A stretch of DNA of 63,339 nucleotides, counting the filler, from Folioceros fuciformis (lineage: Eukaryota): the NCBI GenBank assembly GCA_049999805.1. It is 5 parts of 4 records of this genome, joined end to end, with 100 filler letters (N's around TTAATTAATTAA, not from the genome) between each part and the next. Parts side by side here need not be neighbours in the genome. Positions count along the whole stretch, not along the records: positions 50,492 to 58,580 come from JBNGIO010006389.1; positions 58,681 to 63,339 come from JBNGIO010006390.1; 3 more parts are not named here. One strand, 5' to 3'. Each line of letters starts with the position of its first letter. Positions within the stretch are counted from its first letter, which is position 1. The translations under genes were made by a program, and so were the position numbers. Below are positions 50,526 to 60,780 of this stretch, piece after piece. Under the pieces are notes generated by a model. That model worked only from the letters and a program-made list of their open reading frames with translations, was not told the origin of the DNA and did not search any database.

Positions 50526-53500
50526 ATGTTGCAGGTAGACTCAGATAGTGATTCCGATTTGGACCAATTTTCTTGGATGTACTTTGATCAATCACTTCCT
50601 GTCACTCCTGTTATTCCAGTACATGTTCAGCCCGTCATGGCATCCATTCCAGTTGCCTCCCCATCTACATCTGTTGGATCCCCTTATTCAGGTGAGTTTA
50701 AGGAGAAAGATAGATTTGACGGGAGACCCATCAGGTTTGAGAGTTGGAAGGCAAGAATGAAAGCTAATCTGGATGCCAGGGACGTGTGGGAGTATGTGGA
50801 TGGATCCATACCCAATCCATTGAAGGTACCTAGCACAACAATACCACAACCAACAGCTGATGAGATAGCAAAGTGGAAGAAAGGCAACAAAGTAGCTTTT
50901 GCTATTCTATTATCCGAACTGGATGAGTCGACTGTAACTGAAGTGGACACCTTGGAAACAGCTGAAGCTGTCTAGAAGCAACTGTCTGATACTTACCAGG
51001 TGCAAAATGTTTGTACGATGATCAATGCTCGTAATAATTTTCACAGTCTTAGGTTGAAGGAGGGGGAACCGGTTGGAGCTCATATCACTAAGTTGAGGCA
51101 CCTACGAGCACAGCTTGCCGCTTTAGGTACCAAGATCACTGAGGTGGAGATGACTGCTCAACTCTTAGCCAGCCTACCTTCGTCCTATCAAACATTTATC
51201 TCCAGTCAGAATGCCACCTTGCGCGACGCATATAAGGTTGCAGCAAGTGGCCAACCGTCGTCATTAAATCTCAATGAAATCATAGGAGCTCTCTTGCAAG
51301 AAGAATAAAGCCACCTATGTACCCATTCAGCTCCTCGCCTGCGAGGGGAGAAAGTCTTGTTTGCCTCCAAAGGAAAAGGACAGTGGAAAGGAAAAGACAA
51401 GGGCAAGAAGACCCCCACATCTTCTACCTCCTCTTCAACCTTTCCGACAAAACGCAGTGGTAAATGTAATTGGTGTCAGATTCCCGGTCACTGGGAACGT
51501 GACTGCAGGAAAAAGAAGGCAGGTGAGCCTAAGAAGGAGCCTAGATCTGAAGCTCACATTACATCTAAGGAGAACAAGACCTCTGGATCTCAGCATAAGA
51601 GTGGGAGTACTGTACTTACAGTCTGCCTGACCTCTTATAAGGATCAGTCTTCCTCTTGGTTCGTGGACTCTGGCGCAACAGCTCATGTCTGCAACAACCG
51701 AGAACTTTTCTCCACCCTACACAAACAGCAATCACCTCAACTAGTTTATGTAGGTGATGCTCGTGGTGTGGGTTAAAGGAACTGGTTCAGTTAACATACC
51801 TCTTTCTGGTGGATCAGTCTGGATGATGTACTTTTTGTCCCTAAGATGAGTAAGAATCTTCTATCCATTAGAGCTCTTGTTCAGAGTAAGAAGTATGGCT
51901 TTAAGTTTGAGAACAGGAAGTGTTATATCTACCAGCAATCTCTTCCAGAAGTCTTTGTTGCTAAGGCTGTACTTATCAATGATTTGTATCAGTTAGTAAC
52001 AATTCATCACTCCAAAGTGAGGGCTCTTGTGGCTGCCAGTAATTTACAGGCAAGTCTTTGGCATGCGCGTTTAGGACATGTTAACAGATCTAAGTTAGAC
52101 CTCATGTCCTCGTCTAACTGTTACAGAGAACAGCTTCCTCCTTGCTTTAAGCATCTTGAGGCATGTTGCTCCTGCATATTATCCAAGCAAAAAGAGTTAC
52201 CATTCAAGAATAAAACAGCAACCAGAGCCAAATCTATCTTGGAGTTGATTCATGCAGATATAGCTGGTAAACTCCCTGTGAAATCTCTGGGCGGCGCTGA
52301 ATATTATCTCACGTTGACTGATGATTTTTCACGCTACACTCGGACTATTCCTCTTAAGCTTAAGAGTGACGTGTTTGATACCATTGCCTCCTGGATTCCA
52401 ATGGTACAACGTCAAACAGGAAAATTAGTAAAGTGCTTCCGTACAGATAACGGAGGTGAATTTACAGGCAACAGGTTTGATCATCTTTTCCAGCAGTTTG
52501 GCATCATAAGGCAGCTATTTGTTCCATACACTCAGCAACAGAATGGTGTTGCTGAGCGTAAGAACCAAACTCTAATGGGAATGACACGAAGCATGCTTTC
52601 GTGGTCATCCTTACCTAAAAGCTTCTGGGCTGAAGCTATTGTTGCTGCCACATATATTTTGAATCGCGTGGTTACTGCAGCTCTCCCAGGTCAAACTCCT
52701 TATGAAGCCTTTTGGGGTAGGAAACCCAGTCTTCTGCACCTTAGAGTATTTGGATCTCCAGCATTTGCTTATATTCCTGAACCCAAGAGGGGGAAGTTAG
52801 ATGCTAGGGCTAAACCCCTCATTTTCTTGGGTTACTCAGAACAGTCCAAAGCTTACAAATTGTTCGACCCTCAAACTTCAAAAATTACTCTCTCTTGTAG
52901 TGTTACCTTTAGAGAGTTGTCATCTCCTAAGCCAGCTTTGGATTCTCATCCTGTAGACTCGTTTGTGGACCCCGATCAGTCTGTAAATGCCCCTCCATAC
53001 ACCTATCCAATGTCAGATGGTGAGTCCTCTTCACCACAGGAATTTGTAGGTGGAGATGCTACTAATCAGGATGCTACAGATGACTCTGGAATTCAACCTG
53101 GAACTCAACAAGCTAATTTAACTGTTGGTGCTGATGAAGATGATGTTGTTCCGGATTTCTATGGACAGAATGTCGATGATGACCAGTCATTGAGTGATTC
53201 TGACCAGTCGGAGGATTCTGATCAGGCTACTTCTGAAAGTGATTTCACACAACAAAGTGAAAGTGAGATTCAGGCATAGACTACTAGATATCCCACTCGT
53301 GAAAGACGAACAAGGGAAAACTAGATCAACCCACCCTATCAAGCTGAAGATTTTCGCAAGCCAGCCGCACATGTGTCTGATCTTCATGTTCCAGAAGTTC
53401 GACCAGATCCTCAGTCATACTTGGAGGCTCTAAACGGACCTGATGGAGAACACTNNNNNNNNNNNNNNNNNNNNNNNNNNNNNNNNNNNNNNNNNNNNNN

Positions 53501-54410
53501 NNNNNNNNNNNNNNNNNNNNNNNNNNNNNNNNNNNNNNNNNNNNNNNNNNNNNNAGAACACTGGCGCAAATCAATAGATGATGAATATAACAACTTGATC
53601 AAAAATAACACTTGGAGTTTAGTTGATTTACCACTTGGCAGAAAACCTATTAGCTGCAAGTGGGTATTTAAAACTAAACTGAATTCTAATGACACTATAG
53701 CACGTTACAAGTCCAAGCTGATTGCTAGGGGTTTCAGCCAAATTCCAGGAATTGACTTTGGTGATACTTTTTCCCCGGTTGTGAAGCCACCCTCAGTTCG
53801 TATCTTACTTGCAATGGCCGCAGAGTTTGACTTAGAAGTCCACCAGATGGACGTATGTACTGCCTTCCTTCATGGTGAGCTTGAAGAAACTCTGTTTATG
53901 GATCAACCTGAGGGCTTTGTTAGCAAGAAGTGGCCTACGAAGGTTTGTAAACTCCTTAAAACAATATATGGGCTAAAGCAAAGCCCACGACCTTGGTATA
54001 AGCGTATTGTTAAGTACCTTCAGACACTGGATCAAAGTCCAGCTGACACAAATGTGTTCTACCTCGCCACTAGTGCCTTTTTTGTTATCTTGGCTTTGTA
54101 TGTTGATGATTGCGTCCTGCTGAGCAATGATATAGGGCAGTTAAACAAAGTTAAAGGACATGCTTTGGCAGGAGTTCGAAATGTCAGACCAAGGTGAACT
54201 TTAGTTGTGCCTCGGTATTCAGATTCTACGTAATCGATAGGTAGGGCAGATAATCTTACACCAAACGAAGTATATGAAGGAGATCCTTAGGCGTTTCAAT
54301 CTTGATGAGGCTCGTCCTGTCTCCACACCTTCAGCAGTTGGGGAGAAGCTCACACGAAATATGTCACCCCAGCTGTCTGCAGACATTGAGGACATGGCTT
54401 CTGTGCCGTA
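50526..54410 (+). mobile_element. Degenerate Ty1/copia gag-pol related to the element in contig 1; breaks off before RNase H
   Basis: FKEKDRFDG, LLASLPSSY, CNWCQIPGHWERDC, WFVDSGAT, FRTDNGGEF, LALYVDD; several stops and frameshifts. Confidence 0.92.
53455..53554. other. Scaffold gap (100 N), probably spurious
   Basis: agaacact appears on both sides of the gap. Confidence 0.85.
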
Positions 54411-55316
54411 CCCCATTTTGTTGTTGGGTATACGGAACAATGAGCTGTCTGACTATCCCTTGTGTTGTAAGGATCTGTTCAAAAAGAGCATGAACAAACT
54501 CAGTGCCATTGTCATATCGCAGGCAGCGCAAAAGTCGACCAGTTTGCTAATGAATCATAGTCACCCATTCCTGGAATATGGGGAAAGTATCAGACTTTGC
54601 CTTCATAGGGTAAGTCCAGGAATAGCGTCTATAGTCATCGGTAAGCGTAAGGTAATAAAATGCTCCTCCCATAGAGGAAACATGTATCTTGCCCGAAATG
54701 TTAGCATGCACTAGGTCTAGGACGTTCATAGTGCGATAGGTAGGAGCAAAGGGCAACTCCTTTTGCTTAGCAACCACACAAGCATCGCACACAGGGAGTT
54801 CGATGAAGCATTTGGGCAAGGGTTCATGGTAGCAGTCCATAGTAGACATCTTGACCAGCTTCTGTTGATTAACATGGCCAAGCCTTGCGTGCCAAAGCTG
54901 TGCTTGAACAGCTTGAGATTTGTCTGCCAGGTGCAGACTAGATGGACGGCAGCAAAACACATGGAGCTTGTACAAGTCATTAATGCGCACCTCCTTTGCC
55001 ACTACACTGGTGGGTGAGCCTTTAATGGTAAGAGCACAGCCGTTAGAAGTAAACAGTAGGTTAAAGCGGCATAAACGCATCAACTGACTTATTGATATTA
55101 AATGCTTTGCCATTGTAGGTACATACAGGACATGATCGAGGGTGAGCACATTGTTATCAGCAAGTCAAAACGAACAAGTGCCAATTCCAAGTATCATGAG
55201 GTCGGTATGAGTAAGCTCATCACCTAGCAGCACTCTCTCTGCTACACTAGCTGATGTGAAGTTACTCATTAAAGTCTTGTCCCTGCATATGTGCAAGGTA
55301 GCTCCTGAATCGAGGT
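54411..55316 (-). mobile_element. Inverted copia fragment (protease to integrase core)
   Basis: LDSGATLHIC, LWHARLGH, YYLTLTDDY, RQLIVPYTQQQNG. Confidence 0.88.
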
Positions 55317-58300
55317 TGTGGCGTGATTTCTTGCACCCAAGAACCACCAAAGGGCCACACATCCCCTTATTTTCGTTGCAGTCTTATGATTCGCTCCCAA
55401 GGGAGTGAACTAGTGCCAAGGAACACTACCTATCACACTTCTACCTATCAGCCGGTCTATAGGCCTGACCATACACTCACAACAAAAAGGCTAGAAGCCT
55501 AGCCTATCCCCAAATAAGCTCACACAACTCACACTCCTGATCTTCAGTCCTTTAGCTCTTCATGATTCCCACTTCAGTCCTTTCTCCTTCACTTCAGCCC
55601 TTCATGATTCCCACTTTAGTCCCTTCCTCTTCACTTCAGCCCTCCACCCTGCACTTCAGCACACACTCCTGCACTTCAGCAACTCACACTTCACTTCTAT
55701 GCATTTCACTCCAACTCTTCCTCTCTTTGCTTCAGCTATCCCCTGGAAATTGGAACACAATGGCTTCACTCCTTGCAGCCTTCAAGTATAGTGTGAATAC
55801 TAGGACTGGATAGCCCTCCAGGCTCACGGTCCTGTCCCTTCACTTCAGCCAGCCTGCGAATCATTCAGCCCTTGCGGATCCGGCCACACGGATCCTGACA
55901 GTCTTGGGATCTCCACGTTCCCCTAGTGGCAAGGGAAATCAGGACCTCGGTTCAGTCTCAACCGGCTCAGCGCCCTAAGCCAGGAGTTCTGCACACAAAG
56001 TTCGGGGACATCACACCGTAGACCGCCCCTCCTCAATACAGCCATTGAAGAGGTGCCGCCACCCAGCCTGTCCAGGACCTGATGCCATTGCCCGCATCTG
56101 GCTGGTCTGCCTCTGCAGCCAGCCCGCCGTCACCTAGCGATCCAGCCAGGTGCCTTCTTGCTAGAACCCACCTAGCTAGTCTCTAGCCGTCATGGCCTGC
56201 CTCCTGGATCTGATACTGCCGCAGCCTCGGAGCGGCCTGCCGATCCGACACCACCGCTCTGCATTCGGCTGGATCCACCCGGGACCTCGGCCCAAACCCA
56301 ACCTACCCCCGAGCTGACACAGCTTGCTTCAATCCTACCCTGACCTGCCATACCCCGGAGCCCCCTGCCGGCCAGGACCCGGCTGCTGCTACGCCGCTTG
56401 CCAACCTCCAGATCCAGCCCCGGTCTCGACCAGCTTGGATCCGCCCAGCCAGGCTAGCCAGGCAGCCAGCCTGTTGGCTGGCTGCTCCTTTGCGTTCCAG
56501 GCTGCCTGTATGTTGGCGGCACCGAACCACCAGCCCCCCCCACTGGCTAGCCCGTCTACCAAACTCGAATCGCCTGCAGCTCGCCCGCACCCCCTGCAGT
56601 GGCCCCGACTAGCCGATTAGCCAGAACGCCACCTGGCTCCAGCCGCCAACGCCTTCCCCTCGACAATGACCAACTCAACTGCCCAGCTCGGCTCCAGCCC
56701 GCGCTCCAACAGCCCGCCATCACTTGTCGGTTCTAAGCCAGCCTGCCCTGTTCACCTGCAGCAGCTTGGCTTGCTTTAGATCGGCCAGCCCTGCCTGCTG
56801 GCTTCTCGCCATGGCCCAGCTCTTTCCCCTATGGTGAGCACAGAAAACATGCTACAGCTTTTCGCAAGAACCACGAAACCGACTGCACCACAGGCAGCCC
56901 CGTAGCTTCCACCGACCCACGCTGGCTGCCCAGATCTACCCCAGCACCATCTAACCGATACCAGCCGATGGCGGCACCTACCTGGAACCTGGATCCATCG
57001 TCTCCCCGGCCCGCTTGGTGCGGCCTGACCCCAGTTGCTGCCGATCCCTTGCTAGCTGCCCGTTCGCGGCCTACACCGACCTGGATCGGCCATCGACGGC
57101 CAGCTCCAAAGTCGCCATGGCCCGGCCTGGTTGTCCCCTCTACAGCAGCCGCCGATCTGGCACCTGCTGTGGTCGAGTCTACCTTTTGCCACCGCCGCCA
57201 CCGCCGCCACTGTCGCCACCGCCGCCACTGCCCGGTCTCGGCTTCGGCCCGGATCTGCTCGTCTCGTGGATCCTCCCCCGTTAAGGAGCTCCCCCGGGCT
57301 GCTGCCATCGCCGCCATCTACCTAAGCTAGCTAGCCACTCCAATCAGCTGGCCTGCTTGCTGGCTGGCTTTCCCTCGAGCTCCCAGACTATCTGGCTCTA
57401 GTCGTGAATAACCCCAGCTAGCCCGACCCTAGGGCTGCCTCAGGTCCATCCAGGCCAGCTTGGATGCGCCGCCACCACCTGCCTTGCTAGCCACCCATGT
57501 GTACCGAGGCCACACACCAACCTTGTTGGCTTCCGGGTCCAGCACCCTGCTCAGCTGCTATGTCTGGACCCGAACGGGACTGCTCATGCCTTGCCTAGCC
57601 ACCTAACCTGCCCACTGCTCCAGTAACAGCCCTAGAGACGTGTAACCCCACGGCCATCTTCGGCCTCGCTGCCCTCCAGACTCGGACTGACCCGCCTCCC
57701 AGCGTCGCCTAGGCCTGACTAGACCGGGCTAGGTTGCGGCCTAAGCTTCCCAACAGCCGCCAACCTGGCTGCCTGCTCCTGGGTCCTCGGCCCCAAGTAC
57801 CTCGATCTCCATCTCCCGCTTCTTCCAGCAACAGCCAGAGGACCCCCGGCTCGCCTTCCACGACATCCTAGGGTGTCCTATTCCTCCGTTACCTTATCCT
57901 GAGGAACCAGAGCCTGTGTCCTATCTACCACACAACCTACCTACCTATCGACTCACCATAAATCTAGCTACTATTCTAACCTAATCTCCCAACCTTTCCT
58001 CTACAGCACTCACTCACGAATCAAAAAAAAGAAAAAAGAAAACCTATTATTTCCCAGGGGTCTGTTCAGCATGTGGAGTCCACAGAGGTACCAACTGTCA
58101 GAGTCACTTATGGATGTGGAGAGACAAACAATCATAACCACAGGGTGCTTAGAAGTGCTAGCCGAAGTAGGCCAATCCTTGGTGACAAAGTGTGCCTCAG
58201 CCTGCTTAAAGAGCGTCTCGGCTTTCCGTGGTTCACCAGATTTCTTCTTTCTGCATTCCCTTTCCCAGTGACCCTGAGTGTTTGTTTATCAGCGGAAGGC

Positions 58301-58474
58301 TTGGAAAGACAAAGCAAAACAATGCTGTTGTTGTAATAATAATAAAAAGTTTTAGGCAACTTGTATAAAGTACTTTGTTTGTTGAGTAACCCAAAAGGGT
58401 GTGACCCTTGGTTATTTCTACCCTAAGCAAGTTAAAATGATTAGTTACTGACTAATCCTGACACTCCCTCTTAA
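55317..58474 (-). mobile_element. About 3.1-kb LTR (55317-58463) with adjacent PPT; 3' end of another, probably gypsy-type, element inserted in the copia protease
   Basis: TG...CA termini; ctccctcttaa (PPT TTAAGAGGGAG) at 58464-58474; terminal motif shared with 9531-9630. Confidence 0.7.
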
Positions 58475-58580
58475 CCTGTGATGGTTAAAAATAAAGGACT
58501 GAACGACTACTCGCACGAGCTCCAGCTACCACTGCGTTTCCTCGTGGAGGCACTTCAGTTGCCGCCATTAGTTGTCACGA

Positions 58581-58680
58581 NNNNNNNNNNNNNNNNNNNN
58601 NNNNNNNNNNNNNNNNNNNNNNNNTTAATTAATTAANNNNNNNNNNNNNNNNNNNNNNNNNNNNNNNNNNNNNNNNNNNN
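58581..58680. other. Artificial contig spacer
   Basis: N run with TTAATTAATTAA. Confidence 0.97.
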
Positions 58681-59891
58681 GTGTTCATGCTATCAAAAAC
58701 CTGGCGTGCATCTTTCATTCGGCCACATTTTGCATACATGTCCACCAAGCAGCTGTTAACAAACAAGTCAGTACGGAAGCCACTGCGCAACACGTCGCGG
58801 TGCACTGTTCTGCCAGATTCTAAGTCGGCAGCAAATGCACAAGCTTGAAGGGCGGCTACAAAGACATAACCATTCGCCTTCACTTCTGACCTACGCATTT
58901 CATGGTACAGTTGTATGGCCTCCTTCGGCTTCCCGTGCTTAGCATGTGCAGAGATTACGGAAAACCACATGAAGACATTCGGTTTCCCTACCCTGTTGAA
59001 CACATCCATCGCCTCCTTTAGCCTACCTCCACATGCATACATGCGCAAGATATGGTTCCCCAAATATGCATTCGACTCGTACCCAAGTTTGACTGTGAGA
59101 TCGTGAACTCGTCGCCCCACCACCAAATCCTTCTTAGCTGTACAGAGTTTTAACACTGTGTAAAACAGAGACTGAGAAACGCCAGAGTCTGACTGCACCA
59201 GAGATTCCAGGGCTCCAACGGCCTCAGAAAGCTTCCCCTGACGACATAACATGCTCACGGTTGCAGCAGTTACGACGCCCGTTTCCAATTCTGCACGCCT
59301 GCCAGATCCACGCTTATACAGAGAGCTGCACTCGAAAGAAGAGATTCCATGGCCCATTGGATGTGGAAGTGCTGGGTTTCTTACACTGCTACCGCCGGAG
59401 CCCATTTCTCCACCTGTACGCCTTCCAGGTTCAGGATTATCTGGAGGGCTGGAGGTGGAAGGAGCGGAACCGTGATCCATCTGCATATCCAAGGAGACGA
59501 GCTTGTCATCAACCCATGCTGGCTTAAACCTGTTGTCCAACCACAGCACCTCGCCAGAACCCTTACGCCGGAAGTCAGGGGAACGAGAGCTCTTCTTGTC
59601 TCGTCTGTTATCCCACCACAGGGTAGGGTCCAGAAAAAGTTGTTGCCACAAGAGCTCCTGCTGCTCCTGGCAACTACCAGCATCGTCGGAAAACCCGTCC
59701 CTGCCCACACACGTTCTAGATTTCGGAGGTGGAAGTGCTTGGCTCCTGACACTGCTGCACCTGGAGCCTTTGTTTGCAAAGGGTTCACTCCCGAAACTGA
59801 GGTGAGCGGGGGTTCCTGGTAGAGTCCTTGTACACACACCAATTCCAATTTGTTGGGTCGACAACAGGTCCGGTTGCCATACTGTGGCCAT
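58681..59891 (-). CDS. 5' part of a PLS-class PPR gene with a transit-peptide-like N-terminus and an OSB-type PDF motif; cut by the gap
   Basis: LWQQLFLDPTLWWDNRRDKKSSRSPDFRRKGSGEVLWLDNRFKPAWV, then L-S-P-L-S PPR motifs. Confidence 0.9.
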
Positions 59892-60780
59892 CGTTCAGGG
59901 ACCGCTGTAGGAAAATGACTCTAACAAAAGTCTCGTCTAGGCAGACGCCCGGCCGGGCACACTGTACATACGTATGTATGACCACAGGAGCCTGAAGGGG
60001 TGAACCGTGAGCCGTGGGGTGAGCCGTCCTATAACACCTGTGGGCGAGCTGTCGGACTGGTGCTTCAGACCACTCGACCATGTGACGGATATTAGGGAGT
60101 AACTTTATGTTCAGTTTAGATATACAAAACATTTAATTGCTTGTCAGCCGCCATAACAAAAACAAGAATTTCATTTAAGGCTTGTCAACGTTAAGTGCAT
60201 GCCATCCTACATACCCCAAGATATTTTAATCGAGCCATGGTATCACGGTTTCTGTTTCTCATCACGCACTTGGGACAGTTGGTATCTTGAAGGCCGAAAC
60301 GGCAACGCGGTCCTGGATGTGACTAGACGAGGAATTGCCGTTAAGTAAAAGTCTAGATATGTGCGTCGCACTGCCTGGATTGTGATTGGGGTTGCTACTT
60401 TCACCTGCTTCCTGTCAACTGCCAAGCTCTTGTGCCTTGATACTCCTCGGCATACTGGCTACCAATGTGCTTACACCTGCACGGTACAGCATCATATACA
60501 TACGGCAGTATTGGTAAGGAAACGGAGTTGTGGAGACCCTGCAAAGCACGTGTACAACGTGCTCATCATGAAGAGTGTGCAAGGGTGCAGGAAAAACATG
60601 CTAGGCTTGCTACAAAGTTGTGAAGTACCTAGTCCCACAGAGCGAAATGCCCTCAAGTGCACGATCATACAATTCTTCTTCTTCTTCGTGTTAGCGGAAC
60701 AATGGTACTTGCCACCAAGAAGAATCCGTACACCACTAGGAATCCGCCTGGCACTGGCTACACTCACTTCTTCATTGTTC

